DNA from: Octopus bimaculoides
Lineage: Eukaryota
Assembly: GCF_001194135.2 (NCBI RefSeq)
Contig: NC_068981.1
Coordinates: 176,539,882 to 176,584,212, forward strand
Direction: 5' to 3'
DNA length: 44,331 nucleotides
The translations under genes were made by a program, and so were the position numbers. The notes beneath the pieces are model-generated. The model saw only the letters and a program-made list of their open reading frames with translations. It ran no database searches and had not been told where the DNA came from. How positions within the stretch are numbered: the first letter of the stretch is position 1; the number at the start of each line of letters is the position of its first letter. Below, piece by piece: positions 13,444 through 24,189 of the stretch.

Positions 13444-13485
13444 GTAATAATAATAATAATAATAATAATAGTAATAATAACAATG
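13290..13485. repeat. (GAT)n/(TAA)n microsatellite
   Basis: Directly visible. Confidence 0.95.
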
Positions 13486-13679
13486 TCAATCTTATTACTA
13501 CAGGGGTTATAGTAGACATTACAAGGACAAATCATAAAGGCAGTGAGTGAGGAGGGTCTTGTAGAATTGAGTATGGGAAGCAGGCATGAAAAAACAACAG
13601 AATAAAGACCAAAGAAGAAATGAAAGAAAAACATATATTGTAATAGGAGGACAAAGTACATAGAGTCAAGTGAGGAATT

Positions 13680-13880
13680 CTGCAGATGCCAGGCTATCCT
13701 TGCTGTCAAAAGCAAGAGCCCTCTGGCAGCTGTGCTCCCTGGCCTGCAGCCACATGCTGAGAACAAGGCCATTCGTGTGGACCTTACTTTCTATGGTCCA
13801 CAGCCGAAACATTGTGTTAACAACAAGCAAGATGAGGACAAATATCCGTCATATGCAAATACCATCATTTATATGTCTGC
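13680..13880 (+). pseudogene. Probable decayed RTE/RTEX ORF C-terminus
   Basis: Mixed-frame reading KAR..QL..LA..HMLR / DL(L)..QPKH / SYANTI resembles the RTE-type R.RRL.LAGH..R..LLW.P.HG..TY.DTL tail; weak. Confidence 0.4.
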
Positions 13881-13998
13881 TACTAACCCCCAATAGAATG
13901 CAAGGGTTGACATCAGACTAGCCACATTGCTGCACTAAAAGGGAGCTGTGATTGACTGACAACATTCCAGAACTCAGGTACCTAACCTTAATCTTTGT

Positions 13999-14228
13999 TT
14001 AACACTTCAGCATTTAAAACCAGCCACATCTAGCCAAAATATTCTGCCTCTTTTATGTTCAAACTGGCCAAATCTGGCCTCTCACACCGACCCTACAATG
14101 TCATTCTAAAAATAACCAATCACATCATCAAGATCTTGAAGCTATGAGATAATGCATGATTGATTCCAAACAATGTGAATAAAAAGAGTATTACTTTTGA
14201 CAGAATAATGTGAATGCTACAAGATTAA
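13999..14228. mobile_element. piggyBac-like MITE, TTAA at both ends
   Basis: TTAA 13999-14002 and 14225-14228; body homologous to 6297 copy. Confidence 0.75.
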
Positions 14229-14397
14229 TCTAGAACTTTGGTTTCATTAAAACAATCAGCTGCCTGCAAGAAAGCATGTCTGACAACCAATAGCCACACC
14301 CAACTCAGCATCAAAGAAATCTCTGTAGATGATGCCACTTCAGCAAATTTTTAGTCGTATCATTATACCCAACCTGCCTTGCAAGAGGGTGGTGGCA

Positions 14398-14442
<45 letters not shown>

Positions 14443-14453
14443 GATAATAATAA

Positions 14454-14580
14454 GCTGCAGAAAACAGTGTTATTAGGGACAGCTAGGATACTTAAGGGGG
14501 CTCTTGGCATCTAAGGTTACTTGCTGTAACCCAATAGGAGGGTTCTTGGCATCCAAGGCTACTTGTTGTAGCCCAATGTT
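14454..14580 (+). mobile_element. R4/Dong-like retrotransposon extreme 3' end (family D), in (TAA)n
   Basis: LQKTVLLGTARILKGALGI* C-terminal motif right after a TAA tract; 42-bp tandem duplication of the 3' UTR. Confidence 0.7.
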
Positions 14581-14736
14581 AGGATTCTTTTCTTTTTCAA
14601 CAGTCTAATCTGTTGAATGTATAATAATAATAAAAAAAATAATGATAATAATAATAAAAATAATGATGATGATGATGATGATGATGATGATAATAATAAT
14701 GATGATGCTGATGATGATGATGATGATAATAATAAC

Positions 14737-15680
14737 ATGTGTGCACTGATTAAGAACAGCATGCTTAGTTGGAAAACATGTCTTTTCTATAATAACCAGC
14801 ACTTAGACAAGGTAACAATCAAAAGAGGTATCTTCCAGGAAGAATCTTGTTCCCCATTGTTATTTGTTATAGCCTTGCTCCCACTTTCTGTAGTCCTATG
14901 CAAAGTCAACGTACACTATGAGCTGAGAAAAAAATGGACCTCGTCTGAACCACCTTCTCTTCATAGATAGTTTAAAACTGTTCGCAAAAACAGAGCCTAA
15001 AACGTCTGTAGAATGTGTGAGAAGAGGGTCAAAAGTGTGACTCACATTGTTAGTGCTTGTGAAAATCTTGTGCAGAAAGAGTACAAGCACAGACACAACA
15101 AGGTAGCCCAAAACCGTCACTGGCTATTATGCCAGAAGTATGGATACGAGGAAATAGGTGCTTTGGTACCAACATACACCAGAAAAGGTAATGGACAAAA
15201 AGGGGAAGGCAAAAATACTCTGGACATTGACTTCCAGACAGACAAGGTGTTAGAGCACCAAAAGCTGGATATAATAACCTTGAGGAGGAGCAAACAAGAG
15301 TGCCTAATAATCAACATGGCAGTGCCAGGAGATCAACATATTATCATGAAAGAAAGAGAAAAGATCGATAAATATGGAGACCTGAAAATTGAGATTGCTA
15401 AGATGTGGCAGCTACGAGAGTCAAACATAAAGGTTACCCCTATTGTCATTGGGGCACTGGGTTCAATACCACCCAACCTGAAGAAACATCTGGAAACTTT
15501 AGAAATACCCTACAAATGCAAAAATCAGCATTTCTTGGAATTGCATGCATATTGCATAAAGTACTGTCTATCTGAGATCCTTGTTGTGACTTGACAGGCA
15601 GTACAAACCCAGGGGTTTTTACACAATATCTTCAATCAACAACATCATGATATTGGATACTGTGCAACGTCTTAAATACT
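14737..15680 (+). mobile_element. R4/Dong-like non-LTR retrotransposon remnant (family A copy 1): RT fragment fused to CCHC knuckle and restriction-like endonuclease
   Basis: IKRGIFQEESCSPLLFVIALLPLS and frameshifted HLLF..KLFAK (RT); CRMC...VTHIVSAC...YKHRHNKVA (knuckle); KLDI..CLIINMAVPGD..KEREKIDKY.DL..WQ..VTPIVIGALG (RLE). TAA/GAT repeats at both ends. Confidence 0.9.
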
Positions 15681-16792
15681 ACTAATAATAATTCTTTCTT
15701 TTTCATTAAGCATGAATCCCTAGGGTTTATAAAGGAGAGTAATCAAAAAGTTGTGACATTCATCCTTTTCCCAAGGGCATTAGCACTTTAATGGCATTAT
15801 TCCAACTGGAAATCAAAATAATCTGCCACTTCCATTTACTGAAAATGTTCCACCACGTCAGAGGCCACTTCCTGCCATACATGTGTGCACATGTGAGTGC
15901 ATGTCTGTATGTGAATATATATATTAGGTAGATAGATAGATAGAAAGGTAGACAGACAGACAGACAGATAGATAGATAGATAGATATAAGTGGATATATA
16001 GATATATATATATATAGGTTTGTTCTATGATCCATTAGTCTATTGGGATACCATTGCAGACTACAGTGGTGCAGTGTATCTAGGGCAAGTCAGCTCATAT
16101 GAAGCCCAGCCCTCTCAAAGTTACACCCTTGGGAAGATTTGAGATTAGCTAAAACAAATTTATGCTGCACTCCCATTGCTTACACAAATGAGCTGCACTT
16201 CCTCATGGTATTCATTTACAGCTAGACAGACTGAGCACGTTGTAACAGGTTTGATGTTGTTTACAGTTCCATTCACATTTCCAAGTTTTTTAGGTGTTGT
16301 TAAGGCTAAAATATTGCGTGAATTTATTTTTCTCTATCTTTGCAATATTAAGTGGCTTTTATTGCCTTCCTGTTTACTGTTTACATACTAAAACAACAAG
16401 ATATATTTCAATTTGAAGATTCTGATTCTAAAACAACATATATATATATATTTTTTTCTTTAGTGTAATCCTTTCATGCCAACCCACTTGAGACCAGCAC
16501 CAGTTCTTGTACAAAACCTAATACTTTTTTTTAAGTATTCATATTTAAATTAAAACCTCCATAATTTTTCTCTCAGACTTCTTTTGCAAGATTATATTCC
16601 AAACCCAAACTTAATAATGACAAATTAGTTATTTTCCTAAATCCTACTAAATTTCAAAATTAACTTCCAAAATTTTCAAAATTGATGTCAATTCACCACA
16701 TTCTTCTTGAAAAATAGTTATGGCCTTGTGTCAATCCAACAAATTCATTTTGTTATTACTAATAAGGCAGTAATCGTTTTATTATTACTAAT

Positions 16793-16964
16793 AGGCACAG
16801 GAGTGGCTGTGTGGTAAGTAGCTTGCCTACCAACCATATGGTTCCAGGTTCATTCCCACTGCGTGACACCTTAGGCAAGTGTCTTCTACTGTAGCTTCAG
16901 GCCGACCAAAGCCTTGTGGGTGGCTTTGGTAGACAGAAACTGAAAGAGGCCCGTCGTGTATATG

Positions 16965-16999
<35 letters not shown>

Positions 17000-17210
17000 A
17001 TGTTTGTGTGTCTGTGTTTGTCCCCCCACCAGCATCGCTTGACAACCGATGGTGGTGTGTTTATGTCCCCATAACTTAGCGGTTCAACAAAAGAGACTAA
17101 TAAAATAAGTACTAGGCTTCCAAAGAATAAGTCCTGGGGTCGATTTGCTCAACTAAAGGCGGTGCTCCAGCATGGCTGCAGTCAAAATGACTGAAACAAG
17201 TAAAAGAGTA
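16793..17210 (+). mobile_element. SINE-A, full length, with apparent 25-bp target-site duplication
   Basis: AGTAATC(G/A)TTTTATTATTACTAATA at 16769-16793 and 17211-17235. Confidence 0.9.
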
Positions 17211-17249
17211 AGTAATCATTTTATTATTACTAATAAAGTAGTAATCATT

Positions 17250-17455
17250 AACAGGCCGGATAAAATGCTTAGCTGCCTTTTGTCCAGTTTAACATGTTCA
17301 GAGTTCAAATTCTACCAAGGTTGACTTTACCTTTCATCCTTTTGGATCAACAAAAATACATACTAGTTGAACGCTGGGGCCAATGTAATCGACTTGCCCC
17401 CTCTCCCCAAGGTTGCTGGCTTTGTGCCAAAATTTGAAATCAATATCATTATTAA
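17250..17455 (+). mobile_element. SINE-B (central GGTCGACTTTGCCTTTCATCC block), diverged
   Basis: Homologous to 17864, 19582, 32601, 42590. Confidence 0.75.
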
Positions 17456-17513
17456 ATTCAAATTACGATAAACATAAACAAACGAAGTTTGCTTTTAGAA
17501 GCATTGAGATGTC

Positions 17514-17844
17514 TTAGAAAGTTAAAGAAGTGATTTTAAATTCTCAAACGCAGGATAATGCTAATAATATAGCCTGAACAGGATAAGCTACCCCTATTTT
17601 GCAGAAAAAAGTGTGGGCGGCCAGCTATGAGACTCGAACTAACACCTCCGTGATTTGTAGTTAGGCAGTTTAGCTTAATCGGTCTAGAGCACTGCGACGC
17701 GTAATCACGCAGGTGTGAGTTCGAGTCTCATGGCTGGCTGTCCACACTTTTTCCTGCAAAATAGGGGTAGTTAATCCTGTTCAGGCTATATTATTAGCAT
17801 TATCCTGCGATTGAGAATTTAAAACCACTTCTTTAACTTTCTAA
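17514..17844. mobile_element. Foldback element: 142-bp inverted arms (10 mismatches) around a 47-nt spacer, containing a tRNA-like sequence
   Basis: Arms 17514-17655 and 17703-17844 aligned by hand; can be read as TA|GAAAG...CTTTC|TA. Confidence 0.85.
17664..17739 (+). pseudogene. tRNA-like sequence (Pol III A and B boxes), non-canonical anticodon arm
   Basis: A box TAGCTTAATCGG; D stem GCTT/GAGC; T arm GTGAG-TTCGAGT-CTCAT; acceptor 6/7 paired. Anticodon stem CTGCG/CGCAG closes an 11-nt loop with only 2 nt of variable region. Confidence 0.7.
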
Positions 17845-17863
17845 TATTATTATTATTATTATT

Positions 17864-18090
17864 AAGGTGGCAAACTGGCTTAATTGTTAGCATGCTGGGC
17901 AAAATGCTTAATGGCATTTTGTCTGACTTTATGTTCTGAGTTCAAATTCTGCCAAGGTCAATTTTGCCTTTCGTCCTTTCAGGGTCAATAAATTAAGTCC
18001 CAGTGAAACACAGGGTTTGATGTAATCAACTAGTCCCCTTCCCCCAAATTTCAGGCCTTGTGCCTTTAGTAAAAAGGATTATCACTATTA
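17864..18090 (+). mobile_element. SINE-B, starting in an (ATT)n tract
   Basis: AAGGTGGC..CTGGC..GTTAGCA head, GAGTTCAAATTC B box, central block, ATT-like tail. Confidence 0.8.
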
Positions 18091-18284
18091 GTGTCTTGTT
18101 TACATGCAAAACCCTCACAACAACACACACTCACGCACTCTGTTTTGTCCTGTACTGTCCATAATATTTTTCTTAATGTAAACCTTTATGGTTAATAAAG
18201 AAACCATTATTATTATTATTATTATTATTATTGTTGTTATTATTATTATCATCATCATCAGCAGCAGCAGCAGCAGCAGTAGTA

Positions 18285-18663
18285 GCTAAGGCATCGCACA
18301 ATATCCAATATTGTGATGTTGTTGATTGAAGATATTGTGTAAAAACCCCTGGGTTTGTACTGCCTGTCAAATCACAACAAGGATCTCAGACAGACGGTAC
18401 TTTATGCAATATGCATGCAATTCGAAGAAATGCTGATTTTTGCATTTGTAGGGTATTTCTAAAGTTTCCAGATGTTTCTTCAGGCTGGCTGGGTGGTATT
18501 GAACCCAGCACCCCAATGACACTAGGGATAACCTTTATGTTTGACTCTCGTAGCTGCCACATCTTAGCAATCTCAATTCTCAGGTCTCCATATTTATCGA
18601 TCTTTTCTCTTTCTTTCATGATAATATGTTGATCTCTTGGCACTGCCATGTCGATTATTAGGT
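18285..18663 (-). mobile_element. R4/Dong-like family A copy 2 (5'-truncated RLE end plus 3' UTR)
   Basis: About 95% identical by hand count to 15316-15675; 3' end runs into TAC/TGC/TGA/TAA repeats. Confidence 0.9.
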
Positions 18664-18682
18664 GGTTTTGTTTTATTATTTA

Positions 18683-19091
18683 TAGGTGCAGGAGTGGCTG
18701 TGTGGTTAGTAGCTTGCTTACCAGCCACATGGTTCCGGGTTCAGTCCCACTGCGTGGCACTTTGGGCAAGTATCTTCTACTATAGCCTCGGGCCGACCAA
18801 AGCCTTGTGAGTGGATTTGGTAGACAGAAACTGAAAGAAGCCAGTCGCATATATGTATATGTATATATATGTGTGTGTGAGTTTGTCCCCCCAACATCGC
18901 TTAACAACCGATGCTGGTATGTTTACATCCCCGCAAACTAGCGGTTTGGCAAAAGAGACCAACAGAATAAGTACTAGGCTTACAAAGAATAAGTCCTGGG
19001 GTCGATTTGCTCAACTAAAGGCAGTGCTCCAGCATGGCCGCAGTTAAATGACTGAAACAAGCAAAAGAGTAAAAGAGTAAAAGAGTAAGAG
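18683..19091 (+). mobile_element. SINE-A, full length
   Basis: Head to tail intact. Confidence 0.9.
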
Positions 19092-19133
19092 TATTATTAT
19101 TATTATTATTATTATTATCATCATCATTATTAT

Positions 19134-19525
19134 TGAGTGAGAGAGCAATGCATGCCATCAAAGCGACGACGCTGGGACACAAATATATGAAACTCAATAT
19201 GCCCATCATGAGTCCCCGCCTGATAAGGGTACACCAGACACACATGCATCAGAACCACATGTGAGCGACATGGTGATCTCGTATCAAGATACATAACACA
19301 TCACCTTGCAGATGCAGCCCAGTTAGAATTTTCTTCATGTCGAGTAGCCCATCCTACTCAAAAGGTCCCTAAATAAGCGTTGGTTAATGATGATGAACAA
19401 AACACCCATGTTTCCAAAGGTGAATTATTCCAACTCCAATGAATTCCTCTCCCACTACTCCTGCTCGTGATCAGAGATGCACATATCGTCAGACACTAAG
19501 GGACATGCTCCACTGGTTAAGGCCA
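19134..19525 (-). mobile_element. Unassigned element embedded in (ATT)n, probably a LINE 3' UTR
   Basis: GC-richer block with (ATT)n on both sides; single copy in window; strand inferred from a (TAA)n tail. Confidence 0.45.
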
Positions 19526-19539
19526 ATATTATTATTATC

Positions 19540-19581
<42 letters not shown>

Positions 19582-19583
<2 letters not shown>

Positions 19584-19800
19584 GGCAGTGAACTGGCAGA
19601 ATTGTTAGCACATCAGGCAAAATGCTTAACAGCATTTTGTCCATCTTTGTGTTCTATGTTCAAATTCTGCCAAAGTTGACTTTGCCTTTCATCCTTTTGA
19701 GGTCGATAAATTAAGTACCAGTCAAGTACTAGGATCGATGTGGTAGACTATCCACTTCTCCCAAAATTCCAAGCCTTGTGCCAATGTTAGAAAAGATTAG
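19582..19800 (+). mobile_element. SINE-B flanked by (ATT)n on both sides
   Basis: Homologous to 17864 copy. Confidence 0.8.
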
Positions 19801-20048
19801 TATTATTATCATTATTATTATTATTAGATAGAGAGAAAAGTTCTTTACTTTTGTATACGATTGACACAATCCATCACTAAGGTAAACATAGCTGACGTAA
19901 TCCATCACCAAGGCCAACTTAATGACAAAAAGCGCAACTTGAAAGTTATTTATTTGTGCTTTGAACAATATTTCGGCATCCCACGTACCTTCCACAGGTT
20001 CAAAATAAATGTCAGTCTAATTCATTTTTTTAGTTTATATAAAGGACT

Positions 20049-20535
20049 GATTATTATTATTTTATGTTTGACTTTTACTTTGCATTTGTACAAGTTTGGC
20101 TCCAAGTCTCACCCAGAGACCTCAAGAGACAACCAGCTAGAGGTCCATGCTAGTGTTATGATTAGGGTGCCATATATTTGGTTTTGTATATAGTGTCGTT
20201 CTAGAGAATGTTTAAGAAACCATAAGAAAATTATGTGTTTGTTTTTAAAACTTGAGATTACATAGACAGTATTTTATGTAGGATATGAGCAGTTCCCATG
20301 AGCACTATATTTTGAATTTCTGCCATTTTGGGGTTTCCTGGTATCTGAGCTAGGTAACAATCAGCCCCTTTTGCTATCATTCCTAGGGCAGCTTTGACAA
20401 CAGGTATTGTTTTAATCTTCAGGTTCCACATTTTGCCAATATCTATTTCAAGATCTTTATAATTACTCAGTTTTTGGTAGGTCTTGACAGATATGTTTGT
20501 ATCGATTGGGACAGTCATATCAATGAGGAGGCATG
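20049..20535 (-). mobile_element. R4/Dong-like family B, 5'-truncated RLE end plus 3' UTR, in (TAA)n
   Basis: CLLIDMTVPIDTNISVKTYQKLSNYKDLEIDIGKMWNLKIKTIPVV.AALG...IQNIVLMGTAHILHKIL*; TAA repeats on both sides. Confidence 0.85.
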
Positions 20536-21354
20536 ATATTATCATTATTATTATTATTATCATTATTATTATTGTTGTTATTTTCATCATCCTTTCTAGC
20601 ATAGAATACAAATTTAGTAAGAAGCTTTATAACCCTAACCCTAGCCCTAACCATAACAACCACAGTACTTAACCAGCATTTAAAAATTAATCGCTCTTGG
20701 AAGAAGAATGAAAAGCAGAATCTGCTTTGAGAAAATTTCACCATGAACTGTAAAAGGATTATCATCAACATTCTATCATTTCCATAACACACATACTCCA
20801 CCACCACCACCACCACTTTTACCACTGAAAGGAATCAATGCTAATAATACAGTAAAGTTTCTTAGAAATGTAATGACTGACTACGATTACGAATTTTACA
20901 CAATATACAAATGTGTGTGTGCGTGTGAACATACACACATGTGAGGATAATAATACACAAACACACACAGGGAGAGAGAGAATAATATATTTATACACAC
21001 ACACACACACATATATATATACAAATACAGAGTATATCACACACAAATGCACACATGCTAACACAGTTTGAAATAGTTAAATATTCCAGATTTAATTTTA
21101 TATTTTTAAATTTCTGGAAACATGGAGAAGAGATGTACATACTCACATGCACACACACACACATGTATGAGAAATTTTAATGACAAAGGAATAAGCAATT
21201 ATGCTATGAATTTCATTAGCATACAGATGTTTCTGCTACAGTTGAATACCTGAATATCACCCGATAGCTTCATCAGAACTTCAAACATGAAGATTGCACT
21301 TCATGTTTGAAACTCCAGTCGCTATGCCTAAGTGATATATATATATTATCATCA

Positions 21355-21500
21355 TCATCATCATAATCATCATCGTTTGCTTTCCATGCTAGCATGAGTT
21401 GGACGATTTGACTGAGGACTGGCGAACCAGATGGCTGCACCAGGCTCCAATCTGATCTGGCAGAGTTTCTATAGCTGGATGCCCTTCCAAACACCAACCA
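21355..21500 (-). mobile_element. Family R 3' fragment, adjoining a SINE-A head fragment (21500-21625, minus)
   Basis: Reverse complement of the 270-423 tail. Confidence 0.75.
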
Positions 21501-21659
21501 CTTTGGCCAGGTTTCTTTTCAGTTTCTGTCTGCCAAATTCACTCACGAGTTCCATGTAGTGGGACTAAACCTGGAACCATGAGATTGGGAAGCAAGCTTC
21601 TTACCACACAGCCACGCCTGTGCCTATATATACATGTGTGTGTGTCTGTGTGTGGCTTG

Positions 21660-21883
21660 AAATAGCATGCCATGATAATGGCAAATAAATGTCACTGTCA
21701 TACAAACGGTGTCATTCCTTTCAGATATTCTGTGAAATCTTGTCTGAGCAAGACAAAATATTATCTTCCTTGGAAGCAGGCGATGGTTGAAGAGAGAGAA
21801 GGGATCAAGCCATAGCAAATCTACCTCAATAACACTCTGTCCAATCTATACAAGCATGGAAAAGCAGATCTTAAAATGATGGC
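21660..21883 (+). mobile_element. RTE-tailed SINE-like element (family S)
   Basis: AAATCTACCTCAAT..CAAGCATGGAAAA..TTAAAATGATG tail; homologue at 32885. Confidence 0.6.
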
Positions 21884-22834
21884 NNNNNNNNNNNNNNNNN
21901 NNNNNNNNNNNNNNNNNNNNNNNNNNNNNNNNNNNNNNNNNNNNNNNNTATATATGATGTCAACATATATATGTATATATACATATATATGTTGACATCA
22001 TAACAATTTGTGAAATAATTCTTTCTTTGGAAAACTGGATCTTGAAGTTTTAGAAACCATGTTACTATGGAACGGGAATGTTAAATGATGATGATGATGA
22101 TGATGATGATGCTAGTGGTGGTGGTGCTGGTGGAGATGATGATATGTGTGTGTGTATGTGTGCATATTATATGTATAAAATAAAAGTATAACATACATAA
22201 TAAAAGTACAATATATATAATAAAAGTATATATATATATATGTATGTAATACTTTATAATACATGCACACACACACACACATATATATAACGTATATATA
22301 ATTGATATATGTGTATGTGTGCACGTATGTATATTCATACAGAAATGTGTGCGTGTGTGTGTCATACACAGATTCATACATACACACACACACACAAAAA
22401 CACACATACGTCCATGTTAGAAGCATCCTAAAAATTTTTCAGTTCATATGAAAACTATTATAGTTTCAAATTTTCTCTCCTTCAAAGTTAAAATTATCAG
22501 TAAGAGGCATGGCAAATAGATCTGTGAGGTTAAACCAACAATTGTGTATAGTTGGTCTGGTCCTCTTGTATCAAATGAATAAATAAACAAATACAGTCTT
22601 CGTGTGTCATGGTTGCACCAAATCAACTAATGGATAGAATTTCACACTGAACCTCTATGTCTTCATTTAAAGCAACTCTTTGACTGTATGTAGGTATGTA
22701 TGTATGTATATATAAGCTTGTACCTATGCATGCATGAATATATGTACGTATGCATATATGATTGTATCTCTGTGTGTATGCATGAATGTATGTTTAAAAT
22801 GTCTGTCTTTATGTCTGTGTATATGTATGTTCTG

Positions 22835-22935
22835 GATTATTTTAAACATTTCTCAGAAACGGAGAAAGAATCGTTTTCTTTTCCAACCCAGATAATCAAG
22901 GCTCTTTCATTGGAATTTATACCAGAACTAGGTAG
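22835..22935 (-). mobile_element. Family C 3'-tail fragment, degenerate, in (TATG)n
   Basis: CAAGGCTCTTTCATTGGAATTT matches the reverse complement of about 28965-28990. Confidence 0.55.
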
Positions 22936-23030
22936 TTATATATGTGGATGTGTCTGTACACGTATGTATGCGTGCATGCATGCATGTCGATATTTATGTG
23001 TATCTAATGTTTGTGAGCATATCAATATGT

Positions 23031-23233
23031 TTACTCTTTACTCTTTTACCTGTTTCAGTCATTTGACTGTGGCCATGCTGAAGCACCGCCTTTAGTCGAG
23101 CAAATCGACCCCAGAACTTATTCTTTGTAAGCCTAGTACTTATTCTAGCAGTCTCTTTTGCCAAACCGCAAAGTTATAGGGACGTAAACACACTAGCATT
23201 GGTTATCAAGCGATGTTGGGGGGACAAACACAG

Positions 23234-23304
<71 letters not shown>

Positions 23305-23472
23305 TACGATGGGCTTCTTTCAGCTTCCGTCTACCAAATCCACTCACAAGGCTTTGGTCGGCCCGAGGCTATACTAGAAGACACTTGCCCAAGGTGCCAC
23401 GCAGTGGGACTGAGCCCAGAACCATGTGGTTCGTTAATAAGCTACTTACCACACAGCCACTCCTACGCCTAT
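23031..23472 (-). mobile_element. SINE-A, full length
   Basis: Reverse-complement match. Confidence 0.9.
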
Positions 23473-23520
23473 ATTTGTACATCTATATTCATGTACATAT
23501 CTATATATTATATGTATGTG

Positions 23521-23612
23521 TGTCATTATTCAGTGTTATTTCAAGATTTCTTGTCAATAGAGAAAGAGCTGGTTTCTAACCTCCTTCACTAGAATTTCAA
23601 CATCAACATCAA
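23521..23612 (-). mobile_element. Family C 3'-tail fragment in (TG/TATG)n
   Basis: TTATTTCAAGATTTCTTGTCAATAGAGAAA..TTTCTAACC matches reverse complement of about 28995-29040. Confidence 0.75.
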
Positions 23613-23720
23613 GGTATTTTTGCATGTATTTATGTATGTATACATGCAGATTTATATGTTTTGTTTTATGTATGTATTCTCATGCATATAGTTACATGTC
23701 TAGACATGTATGTATGTATT

Positions 23721-24138
23721 TAGGCGTAGGAGTGGCTGTGTGGTAAGTAGCTTGCTTACCAACCACATTGTTCCAAGTTCAGTTCCACTGCGTGGCACCT
23801 TGGGCAAGTGTCTTGTACTATAGCCTTGGGCCGACCAAAGCCTTGTGAGTGGATTTTGGTAGATGGAAACTGAAAGAAGCCCGTCGTATATATGTATATA
23901 TATGTGTATATGTATGCATGTGTATATGTTGCGTATCTGTGTTTGTCCCTCCAACTTTGCTTGACAACTGATGCTGTAGTGCTTACGCCCCCGTAACTTA
24001 GTGGTCCAGCAAAAAGAGACCGATAGAATAAGTGCTAGGCTTACAAAGAATAAGTCCTGGGGTCGATTTGCTCGACTAAAGGCGGTGCTCCAGCATGGCT
24101 ACAATCAAATGACTGAAACAAGTAAAAGAATAAAAGAG
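23721..24138 (+). mobile_element. SINE-A, full length
   Basis: Head to tail intact. Confidence 0.9.
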
Positions 24139-24189
24139 TGTAGGATCAGGGACAAATAAAAAGTGCTTGTACAGTAGTAAAAATTTCTT

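Noticed and set aside
13495-13660. Possible R4 linker fragment (IIKAVSEEGLV) after (TAA)n
   Set aside because: Similarity too short and broken to support.
12409-13772. ORFs of about 200 aa rich in H/T/Y/I or poly-Ile
   Set aside because: Translations of (CA/TA) minisatellite and (TAA)n; no domain content.
13624-13896. 90-codon Met-less open frame in a GC-richer island
   Set aside because: No usable acceptor; mixed-frame motifs fit a decayed RTE/RTEX C-terminus better than a host exon.
17664-17739. Functional tRNA gene
   Set aside because: Anticodon loop of 11 nt with a 2-nt variable region (or a mismatched shifted stem) and a G-G acceptor mismatch; treated as tRNA-derived.
20633-20657. Telomere-like CCCTAA repeats
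   Set aside because: Only three to four imperfect units; too short to imply an interstitial telomere.
21953-22002. Perfect 50-bp palindrome TATGATGTCAACATATATATGTATATATACATATATATGTTGACATCATA
   Set aside because: Lies directly beside an N-gap and is centred on (TA)n; a fold-back read or assembly artefact is the simplest explanation. Long reads would settle it.
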